A DNA stretch of 64,000 nt from Phoronis australis (GCA_002633005.1 NMRA01000013.1:261498-325497), one strand, 5' to 3'; shown: positions 26,801-36,302, counted from the first letter of the stretch. The notes: generated by a model not told the origin, from the sequence alone. Made by a program: numbers and translations.

Positions 26801-29800
26801 GTATTTCAAAAATCCTGAATTTTGCATTTTTTCTGGACATTTCCTCACGGGGAAAGTGACTTACTAGACGGCGTTGCTAGTTGGTACTTTCGTCAGGAAT
26901 TGTTTAAAAGATATTTTTGACGAGCTTTCGCTTTCCATGCCTCTTAAATGATATTAGTTCAGAACGTACCTGTAGGATGATTCGCTTCATTTCGAAAATA
27001 TTTAATATTTTAGTTTTAGGAGTCTGGTGCTGCACCAACAAAATGGCCACCACACTTGAGTGGCTGTGAACTTTGCTTTTTATGAATATGTGAAAAAAGA
27101 TAACGGGCGCATAGCTTGTAACTTGAGAAGCGTCCTTATCTGATTAACAACTGTCGATTTAACAAAGAGCATCCAAAGTTCTTTCGGAAATTTATTTGCA
27201 TGAGTTTCACATAGATCAGCCTCATCTTAGAATTTCCGAGTGCGTCTGGGACACGATTCGCGTGTGCGAGCTTAATCATTTACGTTTGACCATTTTAAGT
27301 GACTTTGTTATATCAATCTGTTCTTGGTTTGAAGTAGAACGTTTAGTTTAATTTTAAAATCTCGTGTATTTTTGCCGGAGGCTTATATCCTTTGCGCGAA
27401 ACACCTATCTGCGTTAATTTGCCTTGTGCTTTTTACTAACATCGTCGATGAAACAGCATTATTCCTAATCCAGTTTGTTTCGTATTCGCATGATTTAAGT
27501 TAATGACTTCTGCGTACACACAGGTAAACTGGGTCTAACTAATACGTGTAGTTCGGGGATAATTAGCAACAGGTAATCAGCTGTCTTGGACTGTACAAAC
27601 ATCAGGCACCTATTTTTTTTGTTAATTCGTGATGTTGTGAATTTTTATTTTGTGAAAAAGTCTCTATTTTGAGTTTTTATTTGATTGCCGGATTATGCTT
27701 CGTAATTTGTTGCATGATAAAAATGAAAGCATGCAAATAAGAAGGAAGGCAAATAAACGTTTGGCATTTGTACCGTTAGAATGCGTTGCTTATTTTTGCA
27801 AAGAATTGGCAAGTCATTAGTATTTCGTTGTCCATTGCATGAATGTTCCTCTGTCAGAATGTTCGTGTTCTACCTCAGGGTGTTTAATATGTTTAGGAAA
27901 CTATGCTAAATTAGCGCGGCTGAAGGCATCGTCAGGTGGCGACACATCAGAAGGTATTGAAAACTATCCATCCCTGCTTTGAAGCCCGAGATTTTGTAGT
28001 GAGAATTGAAAATTCAAATCATTTGTTTTCGTTGTGTGGCGCTTTGAACTTGTTTTTGTTCCCTTGTCAAAAAGCGGGGACCCGAGATCTTAACCACATG
28101 GGTCCACCCATAGACATTCTAGGCCTGGTGTTGCTAACGATTACACTATTACTGCCGTTCAGATTCGTAGCCTACCTGGACAAGTTACGTACCCGTACAA
28201 GTAAATCTGCGTCTGCCAAATCGTCAGTTTAGGACGCAGTGTTTAGTCTTTCCTCTTGTTGGTTTCGCAGCAATTCAACACTTCCTTGCTAAATTCCTAG
28301 AAATTCTATGCACGTTGGAATAGCCAGGCAGACAGAAATAATCTCAAACCCCCATGAAGTGTACAAACAAACCAAAATAGCTGCTTTCCAATCTTTTGCA
28401 TGTCTCTTCTGGGTAGATGAAATATAATTTTATGTGTATTTTGATACTATTTACATTATATTCTCTTTTATTGTGTGTAGTTTTGTGTTATTGTTTGTAC
28501 ACCGTTGTTGTGTTTATGTTTGTGTACTAAACTGTGTTGTCAACATTGACATAGAGGTGACTTGGTGAAAATGAGATTTACTAAAAGGAGTTTTTAATTT
28601 TAATTTACTTCAATAGGTTACGACGTTATAAAGTATTTGCAGTTATTTAGAAACTATTATCCAGTAGCTTCAGTGTACTCAAGTATTTTCTTGTTGTTGC
28701 AATTGTTGGGCATAGAAAAGATGTGCTGGAATTCCTTGCTAATTCATTGTTCACCATTAAATTCACGCGTGACACAAAGCCGGTACATAATTATTAATTT
28801 TTCGGAGATCAATATCCATTATAACTGTTCAACAATCTTTACCGTGATAGAGCGTCACTTAGTCTCACCAACGAAACGCCATAAATTTATGAATTATGAA
28901 CTTCTAAATTAACTGATTTATTTGAAATAATGGTTTTGAACTTGAAGGGCTTTCGTGGATCGTGCTGCGCTTCGACGCGTGCTCAACCCTTGGCAAGACG
29001 TTCACATGAAACTCAAGAGTTTCGACCAAAATCATTTTGCTTGAAGCTACATACATGTAGGATGGTTTGTTTACACGACACTTGTTCCTTCAGGTACAAC
29101 GTCTACAGAGCAGAGTCTCCAAAAGAACAAACGAAAGGATACGGCCGTCGAAGTGCAACTGTCCAGCCCATTGGCTAAGACTGGTAAGTACGAGGTCGTT
29201 CTCCTGCAGAAACTGCAGAAACCCTATCTTTACCGTTTAGGGTGGAAGCTGTATCCGTAATTTACGCTTTCATAGTGTTTTGCATCCCTAACAGTATGCA
29301 GCAGTAAAAACCATCTCTACCCTCTCCCCCAAAAGTCACGAACCCAACAAAGAAACGCATCCATTTACTCCCCGGGTAAAAGTCCTTCAGAACTCATACA
29401 AGCATAGGGCCTTCGTATAGGGCCGTAATGATTATGCACGTGCCTGAACTCAAATGCATGTACCCCCCTACTAAGAAAAGTAAGAAAGACAAAACATAAT
29501 GGAAACTTTATTCAATTTAACTTCAAATCAGTCACAATTTTAAAAAGTTTATTCATAGCGATTGGATGCCCGGGGCCGTCGCCCTCCCCCCTTCTGCACG
29601 CTACTTCGTGTAAGTGATAGACACTTAGATTTACAATAATAGCGATCATGCATGGAAACCGCAAGGGAACTGAAAAAATGTAAAAATTCATGAGACAGGT
29701 AAAAATGTTCGTAATATGAATTGAAGCTTCTCGTTTTGCGAGTCATATCACGAGTTCACGCATTCAATTATCCAAAATGCAAAAATACTACATCTCTTTT

Positions 29801-32800
29801 TATTTGTATGCAATTTTTGGAAAAGAAAAACTATACATACTGTAGAAATACGTGGAAACCGCATGTCTTATGGTACATGTAACTAAGCAGATTCAACACC
29901 AAAACTGAAGTAAAGTTTTCCATTGTCTTTTCAGAGGACATTTCGCCGCTGTTTACCCGTCATTAATGTTGGAATTTTAACCGAAGCGCTTTGAGTTTTA
30001 AAGGATAATGCCATCCGATTTAATTAGTCTTTTTACAGTCTTAATCGGTCTATATCCACATCGCCTCTTATATGATCGACCTCACCTTGCCGAGAGGTGT
30101 CGCGCTAATCTGTGAAGAAAGTGAGAAACCACGCAGCGACGTCAGTGGTTCATTTGCAGAGTAAATGCCACTATCTTGCGGTGCATCGTTCCCGCTTGTG
30201 AGAACTATGAAGCTGCGAAGAAAGCGTATATATCGTTTTTTCGACTTCCTCGAGAGCCCGAAATGCTTAGGAAGTGGCTCGAGGTAGTGAAGAATGGAAA
30301 GTACTCTGTTAAAAGCAAATGTGAGGCCGTGAAACATCTCCGGTGTCTGTGGCCGGCATTTCGTCGACGGTGACTTCTCTGACGAATTCCGGCTTACCAA
30401 AGAACTATCCCTACGTTCCGTTGCCTGTGCATGTTCACGACGCATCTCTAGTATTTCTTGATCAGTGTATTCCGGTTCAAACTGATAGCCTGTGAAACCT
30501 AACGATCCGACCCGTGAAGTCTTCGTCGAATGAGCTCTCGACTAAGTCGAGATTGGCGCCGGGTGAGTTGCCATGTCGACGTTTCATTTTCTGCGTTCTG
30601 TTTCAAAATGAATTATTCTCACCCTAACCAATGCTTATATAAAACTGAAACAAAGTCTGTCTCGTTAGATATAATTTGTAATGCCTTTGGAGTATTCGTG
30701 AATGCAAATGTTTTGAGAAGCCAGCAATGAATAAACCACTGCTTTACCGGCTTTAGATGCAATAAAGGTAATTGACCGGGCAGCGAGGACGTGTGAGTGC
30801 AGTGTTTGCTGGCAGCAAGCTGTTGTGAAACAATAACTCGATTTTATATGCTATGGTCACATGTTAGGGGACTCTTTATTTAGATATACAAATACATCAT
30901 TCAAATCAATGTTACTGTACAACTTTTGCTCTGACGGTTCTGTGGAAGGGGAACCTGACTTCGCGGCCCCCGACTAGTAAGTGGATTTTCAGTTTCGTGG
31001 CTAATTCACCTAAATAATTACGTGCACATTATTTCTTTGGCCCACTATTATAGTCTTTTCGTAACTGGAGGTTCAGTTTCCAACTTAAGCTGGTTTATGT
31101 TCGTGATGTTCAGTCCGGGCCGCCACGACGGGCCTGATCGGGTTCCGAGCCACTGGCGGGGAGTAACAAGAAGCGTTTTGTGTGTTTAGAACTGACAAAA
31201 TCGCAAGTCTAAAAGTACAACACACAGCTATGTTCCCCCGTCTGTATTGCACGGAAGAGTGATTCGAATTTATCACCAAACAGTCCCAAACTCTCGCGAT
31301 CGGTCATGGTAAATTGGCCTACCGAACTCTGTAAGCTACGGTACGTTCAAATACCTATAAATCCGTAACAGTGAAAAAAACAACACGTTTGTTCAGGAAC
31401 TCGGTGTCGTTTTATTAAGGGGTTTACATCGAATTTTGATGATTTAGTGGTGTAGAACTATGAATTTAAGCGATAAGTTGAAACCAGTAAGCGTGTTGTG
31501 AACGGTTGAACAGACTGCGTTCGAACCGATTACGTCATTGGTTAATTTCAATACCTCCATCTGCCGTTAGGTGTCAAGTAAAACAACTGAACTTGCTGTT
31601 ATCGAGTGGAACTATTCGATCTAAATTGATACAAAATAGGTAGTTTCTGGGGTGGCATTCTCCTTTAAAAGCGTCACCATTCTCACCCGGTCTTGAATTA
31701 TTGTCAAATGTGTCGGCAACTCAGCTCGAAGGCGATATGTACATGTGCGCGCTATTTGCGATCTGCCAAAGAACATGACCACGACACTTCGAGAGTGCGC
31801 TCAAAAATAGTTCGGCAAGGAAACTTTTAAATCGATATTAAAATGGTTTGAAACTTTTGTTAGAGAGGGAATGGGCCACAAACACATGTCGTTTAGGTGA
31901 ATACAATGAAGACCTTACCTTGTCTAACGTGGAGTTAAATAGAATTTTTGTTTTAAGTAAACATTAACCCAAAAGCATTTCAGTTTCTGAAACAGAAAAT
32001 TACAGTTCCATTAGTCACGGTTCATTGCTACTCGGACAAACTTTTCAAGTATCTCTCTGCTTTCTGAATTTACCAATTGCTCTTCCTAAATGTCAAGTTG
32101 GCGTAGACGAGTGACGAATCACTGCGACAGTTATTCCGGCCTCACAAAAATTCCTAAAAAATCTCGGTTCCTGGATAAATTTACGAGTAAGGGAAGATGT
32201 ATTAATAAAGCACAATTATCAAGACCACGAATGGTTAGGCTACTTTGTGGAAACATCGCACATGTCTTGATATGGAAATTTGTTGTGAACAGATGATACA
32301 CTGGATTGAGCAGAACAGTACGGTGAAGCTGGTTGTTGTTTTGTTTATCGCCTTGTCAGGTTGAGTGTATCAAAAACACGAACTTGAATGGAATGAATCG
32401 ATCTGCCCTATCTTGATGTTGCGGTAGCCGCAACACACGGAGGTATTTCTCAATAGATGGCGCAGTATTCTTGTGCAGCCTCTGCTTCTTTGTTCTAAAT
32501 CGACGCGAAGCCATGTAATACGATCTTTTCGCAGTACTGTCCCTCGTAGCACTGGGAAAGAGTGTTGGGAGAGCCACTGTTATCCATAGATGGTGCGTCA
32601 TTGGTGCGGAGCCTCTACTGTTTCCGCCCGCGGCTGTCCACTACCCCGGCGGCTTTTGTAGCTGTCACTCATGAAATAATCTTGATCCCCAAACTTCAGA
32701 AATTAGCTATAAGAGTTCACATTTCAACCCTTTCAATTTGCTTTTTTTCTCTGTAACAGTTTTTTTTTTTCTTTTATTTTCAGCGCATAAGGCCAACAAC

Positions 32801-32839
32801 AACTCGATTGATACAAACGACATCAGCTTGAGGGTTTGA
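1..32839 (+). CDS. Adhesion GPCR (LRR-LRRCT-LU/three-finger-HormR-GAIN-7TM), ADGRG/GPR126-like 7TM; 23-exon gene model, ~1005 aa
   Basis: Hand-assembled exons: 1-226, 3991-4062, 4447-4518, 5666-5746, 6522-6593, 7682-7854, 8806-8885, 9206-9440, 9929-10103, 12253-12338, 13934-14144, 14409-14556, 14978-15073, 15583-15717, 16259-16393, 16791-16918, 17424-17541, 22591-22735, 24384-24474, 25143-25336, 25501-25698, 29094-29183, 32784-32839. All are AG/GT-bounded with matching phases and total 3018 nt if one missing 5' A is added. GPS motif and secretin-class 7TM motifs present. The last two exons are less certain. Confidence 0.9.
534..3830 (+). mobile_element. Older degenerate copy or copies of the same HINE family
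   Basis: Diverged core repeats at ~560-945 and ~2610-3770; decayed 5' end at 534 and decayed 3' end at 3785-3830 (CCCTAGAAGCATATCGTTTGCGGTGCAGTCGTG versus CCCTAGAAGGATACCGTATGCGGTGCAATTGTG). Confidence 0.6.
949..2034 (+). mobile_element. Non-autonomous Helentron/DINE-1-like (HINE) element, intact ends
   Basis: T-rich start; subterminal IR ATGCGCCCACA (954-964) and TGTGGGCGCAT (1999-2009); 5' partial IR; (GTCC)n microsatellite near 999-1035; about four ~140-160 bp core repeats containing CCTAGTGGC; 3' hairpin CAACGC-tct-GCGTTG (2012-2026) then CTTGTT. Confidence 0.75.
3991..4062 (+). CDS. aGPCR exon 2: LRR
   Basis: 72-nt phase 2-2 exon, [25 protein letters not shown]; ttcag acceptor, gtgagt donor. 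Confidence 0.92.
4447..4518 (+). CDS. aGPCR exon 3: LRR
   Basis: 72-nt exon, [25 protein letters not shown]; tttcag / gtacgc. Confidence 0.9.
5666..5746 (+). CDS. aGPCR exon 4: LRR
   Basis: 81-nt exon, [28 protein letters not shown]; tttcag / gtaagt. Confidence 0.88.
6522..6593 (+). CDS. aGPCR exon 5: LRR
   Basis: 72-nt exon, [25 protein letters not shown]; ttgcag / gtaaga. Confidence 0.9.
7175..7287. repeat. Minisatellite, 18-bp unit GTAGCCACCGTTAGCCAT x6
   Basis: Five perfect units, one single-mismatch unit and a partial unit. Confidence 0.95.
7682..7854 (+). CDS. aGPCR exon 6: LRR C-terminal cap
   Basis: [14 protein letters not shown]...C...L......FGDC is the LRRCT pattern; tttag / gtatta. 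Confidence 0.9.
8806..8885 (+). CDS. aGPCR exon 7: Ly6/uPAR (LU) domain, first part
   Basis: [27 protein letters not shown]; tttcag / gtatca. Confidence 0.85.
9206..9440 (+). CDS. aGPCR exon 8: LU domain, second part
   Basis: ASDDAC...KTCIPSSAC...SC...[12 protein letters not shown], ending in the diagnostic CCxxxxCN; gacag / gttagt. Confidence 0.88.
9545..9655 (-). mobile_element. tRNA-derived SINE fragment (second family)
   Basis: Minus strand has B-box-like GGTTCGAGCCC and ends in TAATAAAGCCGATAATT. Confidence 0.4.
9929..10103 (+). CDS. aGPCR exon 9: hormone-receptor (HormR) domain, first part
   Basis: HCESE...[19 protein letters not shown]...ANRIC; ttacag / gtaatt. Confidence 0.88.
10611..10764. 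mobile_element. ~150-bp MITE, TIR GGGTAGARTTCA (copy 1 of 4)
   Basis: CAGGGTAGAATTCAGTA ... TACTGAAATCTACCCAG; internal AAAATCACGTG.TCTCATTTAAAA shared with copies at 33847, 53347 and 58365. Confidence 0.75.
11366..11803. mobile_element. TTAA-flanked MITE with ~70-bp imperfect TIRs and an inner inverted-repeat unit (11431-11590)
   Basis: TTAA|GGTTATCTCGGACCTTAATAAACGACATCAACTCTAA versus the reverse complement of the right end TTAA|GGTTTTCTAGGACCTTGATAAACGATCTCAACTCTAA. Confidence 0.75.
12253..12338 (+). CDS. aGPCR exon 10: end of HormR domain
   Basis: [16 protein letters not shown] (W..PD...C motif); ttgcag / gtaagt. Confidence 0.88.
12860..13770 (+). pseudogene. Decayed 3' part of a non-LTR retrotransposon ORF2 (RNase H + C-terminal Cys/His motif)
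   Basis: FSDSQAAIK...[18 protein letters not shown] matches the RNase H pattern SDS..A / WV.AH.GI.GNE.AD; downstream CSCC....ETPQHL; broken by stops and frameshifts. Confidence 0.8.
13934..14144 (+). CDS. aGPCR exon 11: GAIN helical subdomain A
   Basis: ASELANLT...[13 protein letters not shown]...VEIFSNMMD; tttcag / gtgagt. Confidence 0.88.
14409..14556 (+). CDS. aGPCR exon 12: GAIN
   Basis: LLHQIEQFT...[11 protein letters not shown]; tttaag / gtaaga. Confidence 0.85.
14978..15073 (+). CDS. aGPCR exon 13: GAIN
   Basis: SIVLPRSLF...RIQF....DSLFK; tttcag / gtacat. Confidence 0.87.
15232..15275 (-). mobile_element. SINE 3'-end fragment
   Basis: AATTGCAGGCGGTCTGATACACGTTGTACC is the reverse complement of the SINE tail. 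Confidence 0.6.
15583..15717 (+). CDS. aGPCR exon 14: GAIN
   Basis: [26 protein letters not shown]; ttttag / gtaagt. Confidence 0.9.
16259..16393 (+). CDS. aGPCR exon 15: GPS motif and Stachel
   Basis: CVFWD....QWSTDGC.........TCECNHL|TNFALLI; ttccag / gtaagt. Confidence 0.95.
16791..16918 (+). CDS. aGPCR exon 16: TM1
   Basis: [23 protein letters not shown]; ttacag / gtaatt. Confidence 0.93.
17424..17541 (+). CDS. aGPCR exon 17: ICL1-TM2
   Basis: [19 protein letters not shown], similar to the ADGRG KLRRDYPSKIL motif; tttag / gtaagt. Confidence 0.93.
19765..19803. repeat. Perfect 19-bp-arm palindrome
   Basis: GACCTGTGAACAGGTGTTT-A-AAACACCTGTTCACAGGTC. Confidence 0.95.
20183..20362 (+). mobile_element. 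tRNA-derived SINE, 5'-truncated copy
   Basis: Aligns by eye with 36397-36610: GAGTCCCAC..CTAGCT.CTCAGCTCGGTT..AATAAA.CACAAAAAT.GTTCCA..GCAATGGGCCCAC..CAGACCGCCTGCA. Confidence 0.75.
20653..20984. repeat. Diverged tandem duplication with GAY-triplet-rich core
   Basis: Two units, each CTTGGCGAAATTAA...GATGATGACGAAGATGAC...GACGAAC.TAGA.GTCA...GAAATAGGCTAC. Confidence 0.75.
22591..22735 (+). CDS. aGPCR exon 18: TM3-TM4
   Basis: [28 protein letters not shown]...GWG; tttcag / gtaagt. Confidence 0.95.
23784..23882. repeat. Compound (CA)n/(CGCA)n microsatellite
   Basis: Seen directly in the sequence. Confidence 0.95.
24076..24314. mobile_element. MITE with TIR (C)ATGCGCGCACCCA
   Basis: TATGCGCGCACCCAG ... 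TGGGTGCGCGCATG with G-run and C-run subtermini. Confidence 0.6.
24384..24474 (+). CDS. aGPCR exon 19: TM4-ECL2
   Basis: [19 protein letters not shown]; tttag / gtaagt. Confidence 0.92.
25143..25336 (+). CDS. aGPCR exon 20: TM5-TM6
   Basis: CWL...[17 protein letters not shown]...[12 protein letters not shown]; ttccag / gttagt. Confidence 0.94.
25501..25698 (+). CDS. aGPCR exon 21: TM6-TM7, helix 8
   Basis: GLTWVFA...[19 protein letters not shown]...DVQHTW; tttcag / gtgagt. Confidence 0.94.
26425..26944 (+). mobile_element. TTAA-type non-autonomous DNA transposon, TIR AGAGGC(A/C)TGGAA (Kolobok-like), copy A
   Basis: TTAA|AGAGGCCTGGAACG ... TTCCATGCCTCT|TAAA; an inverted partial copy lies at 60155-60598. 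Confidence 0.75.
29094..29183 (+). CDS. aGPCR exon 22: cytoplasmic tail
   Basis: 90-nt phase 1-1 open exon [30 protein letters not shown]; ttccttcag acceptor and strong CTG|GTAAGT donor. No domain homology support. Confidence 0.7.
30002..31664 (+). mobile_element. Non-autonomous Kolobok-like DNA transposon with THAP remnant, copy 1 (last intron of the aGPCR)
   Basis: TTAA on both sides (29998-30001, 31665-31668); TIR AGGA.AATGCCA.CC / GGGTGGCATTCTCCT; frameshifted [13 protein letters not shown]...[14 protein letters not shown]...[11 protein letters not shown] at ~30176-30420. Confidence 0.85.
32784..32839 (+). CDS. aGPCR terminal coding exon ([18 protein letters not shown])
   Basis: Long polypyrimidine tract then CAG at 32781-32783; in phase with exon 22; TGA at 32837-32839. 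Confidence 0.65.
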
Positions 32840-33846
32840 TTCGCGTATTGATGGTGAAGTGATCTTTTTGGCCTACATGTACTAATGTACTAAGCGCACT
32901 GCACCCCAAGCCAAATACTAACTGACATGCTTAGGCGACATGCACTCTCGAAGGATGAATCCATGTAAGTTGATGGCGGCCAAGGAACAGTCTTTCAAAC
33001 TTTCAACGCGAAAGTTGTCAGAGTACATCCACATCGCAAAAAGCAAACCGGAAAGACGCACATTTACATAATCGGACTAAAAGCTTTGAATTTATGACTT
33101 TGGACACATGTTTACATGAAGATGTGACGGCGTGCAGGAGCATGGTATGCATCTTTAACTAACCGAGTACCGAATTTGAAGATAGTCGGACTTAACAAGA
33201 ACTAACTGCAAGGGAGCGACCCTAAATTTGTATCTGTTCGGTTTTAAGATAATTGTACAACAGAGTTAACTTTTTGAAGCGTTCTGGTATTGGCGAATGT
33301 CTTGCTATTTTGGGAAGATCATGCTTGAAATACACAAGATTTCTCAAGTGTCTGTGATTTTTGCGTTCACAGCAATGCTTGTGTACACTGCAAAATGGCT
33401 GCCACCGAAGGTGATAACGCAATACTCCCCCACACAAGTGCCTAGAGAATGACTGTAACCGACATTACTAAGGGGTGTCTGTAACCATTTCTCTTTGAGT
33501 ATAATTTAAATGAGTACAGCCCAGTAGTAACAAATTTTAATGTCGTCACGGCACCATTGACAGGTGCACCGAGCGTGACCAGAATATTTTCTTGAGGATG
33601 TCCTTCGTACTGTAATTAAATGCAACAAGCACGTACAACATTTCGTTTATAAAACGACGCGTGCGCAAATACCGTTGTTGATGCTTCAAATTTGATTATT
33701 ACTCTTTGTAAGAATGTTATTGTTTTGCAAACAACGTTGCTGATTCGTATTAAAATGTAACATACAAAGTTTACTTCCTTCACCACATCAGTTAGTTCGA
33801 TCAAGACGTTTCGCAGGGGTGAACAGCTGAAATATTCATAAACCGC

Positions 33847-33989
33847 CAGGGTAGAGTTAAGTAGCTGGTTCGCTGCGAGAAAATATAGCCAAAATGACGT
33901 GCTCTCATTTAAAACATCTCAATAGCTTGCGTAGTCTCGCGAAGTCTTGCTTTTCTGGCGAGGTACTAGCGTTATTGAACTCTACCCTG
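33847..33989. mobile_element. ~150-bp MITE (copy 2)
   Basis: CAGGGTAGAGTTAAGTA ... TATTGAACTCTACCCTG. Confidence 0.75.
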
Positions 33990-34629
33990 GATAGAGGGCA
34001 ACATAGTCCCGAGAGGATTAGCCTCTAACCTTGCACCCTAATAAATATCGCTTAAAGATGTCAAAATGTTTGAAAGTTTACAATTCCGGACCGTTGCAAA
34101 GTTGGCCTCTACTTGTTCCTTTCTCAGACAAGAGTCGATACCAGGGTTTGCAAAGAAGCGACAGTTCCTTGTTCGTGGAGATCGTGTTCGTGACGTAAAA
34201 TGACACGCGGTACCAAGCCAACATGTAAAGCTAAATCTCACGCATTAACGAACTATCAGTTCTTAAGCTAATGTAAAGAACAATTACAGGCCACTACCAT
34301 AGCGGCAAGTGGTCTAAATCAAATTTTTTGTGACAGCCTCTTGAAAGTATATTTATGGAATTCCTTAGACGAATGGGAAAAGATGATGATCGGTGCCAGT
34401 TGTGTCATCATTTGCCAACGATGCCAAAGTTCCTGAATCGTTTAGCTCTTTAAGTCCGACATACTCGAAAATCGACCAACAGGTCGTAAGGATTTGAATT
34501 GGGGTTCTTAAGCAAATGCTTCCAGAAAAAGTATGATTTTCAGTTGCATGATATACGTTTCTGTGAGTGTCGGAGTTAAAAGCTCGGTTATGTTGAAGCG
34601 TGTACTGTTGAGAAATTAGTATTCCCATC

Positions 34630-35685
34630 CGTTTAGAGGGCCATCCCGTATTACCATCTCATTTAGACAACAAGTTTGATTAAAACACAATTTTGCCAAT
34701 TTTGACATTTCCCGCCATGTGACGTCATGAGTTGAATACAGAGATCACTGACTAGCATTGAACAAATGTGGAGAGCAGGGAATTTGAAAGCGACGACGAT
34801 TATGAGCAAGAATTGAACGAATACTATGAAGAAACGTACGGGAATGGTGGTCAGGATGAGGAAATGGGGTTGCACGAAAGCGAGAACAAGTTTAATGTGC
34901 TTCCGGCTGCGTACTTTTCTACCTTGAGCCTTACGAACTGGATTCTCCCGCGAGAGAAGCGGCCTCGGGCTCGGCGAGTCAACCCAGTCATCCAACAGAC
35001 GATCCTGAATTAAGAGATGATGTTTCTGAATGATAAATATTGTCCTTTATTGTACCAGGCCTTCATCGTAACGTCTCCTGTGACTGGAGTCGAAACACGA
35101 GTCCTCAAAATGGGCAGAACACAGAGTGGCCCCGGACCGAATCGCTTGGTCCACGATGACGTCCCGCACTCTCGTTCGGCGCACGAAGCGATGCCAGTTC
35201 TGCGCAACTTTGGTGTCCTTCGGAACACCGAGACGTTCTCCGCCTGGCTGCTGTTGCTGCAGCCTCCGGAAACACATCTTTTGATCCCTCTACGAACCTT
35301 CTCGACGCTAAATGTACTTTGCTTTCTCTTCACTCTATACACTTTGTCTCTGATCCGAACAGTATGGCGAACGACTTGGGTTCAACCCATGACGTTGTAC
35401 ATAATTATAATTTTTTCAATGTTTGCGTGTTTCTTTATGAGCTGTGCACTAAAGGCACTGAAATCTATTAACATATAATAATAAAATTTATTTTGAAATA
35501 CTAGAGTCATTTTGTGTACACTTTAATGTGTTTTCACGTAGAACGTGTAGTTGGGCGACTAAAATCCTTTGAAATCAAGACTAGATAGTACGAGCAGACA
35601 GCTCAAAGTTTAAGACCTACCCTGATCTATTACCTCGGATGTGGGAAACCACAATTTTCGACGAAAAGTGATCACGTCCCACTAA
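34630..35685 (-). mobile_element. Second, different THAP-bearing transposon remnant with a convergent acidic ORF start; ends uncertain
   Basis: Minus strand KRCVSGGCSN...VSVF / PKDTKVAQNWHRFVRRTR...LCSAHFEDSCF (C2CH THAP, one frameshift) at ~35285-35050; + strand acidic ORF fragment 34768-35013. Confidence 0.65.
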
Positions 35686-35920
35686 AAATAGCATGCCGGA
35701 GGCATTGTTTTGGTCATGTCCGTAGGGGGAGGCTTACGTACATGTATGTACAAGTGCGATAGACTAATAACGATAGCAATTTAATCGCACCAACTATGTT
35801 ATTTCATTTTGAAACCCCGTCGACACTCCCAGAAGTAAGGCCGCTACTTACGTCGCCCCTCCCCTCAACCATGAACCATTACTTGGCAACATGATGGAAA
35901 GCGGCCCAAGAGCTCTCGTG

Positions 35921-36302
35921 TATCGTTGGCCAAGTTCGACACAAGCATTGATTTATTACAGTAATAATTTCGGAATTATTGCTGTGATAATTCAGAAATT
36001 ATAAATCGCGGGACTTCCTTTGCACATATCCCCATGGTAACAGTGTGCATCGCAAATGGCAAAAGTACCTGCATAGTGACCTTTGACGGCTTCTATTGAC
36101 TCTATTACGATTGTTGTATGTGGATTCTGATTGGCGGATTACTTACAATTGTAAGCCTTTGTTACTTATATGAGCATTTATTACACCTGAATTATTTATC
36201 ACTGTCGTCATTCCTGTATTGTGATTGACTAAAGAATTTATTGTAATAATCCGCTAACTATTACAGTAATAAATCGGACTTATTTGTGCTTGATCAACGA
36301 TA
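35921..36302. mobile_element. MITE with long imperfect TIRs
   Basis: TATCGTTGGCCAAG..GATTTATTACAGTAATA versus the reverse complement of the right end TATCGTTGATCAAG..GATTTATTACTGTAATA. Confidence 0.6.

Noticed and set aside
30176-30373. Host THAP-domain gene
   Set aside because: Frameshifted, intronless, enclosed by TIRs and TTAA, and duplicated as part of a transposon.
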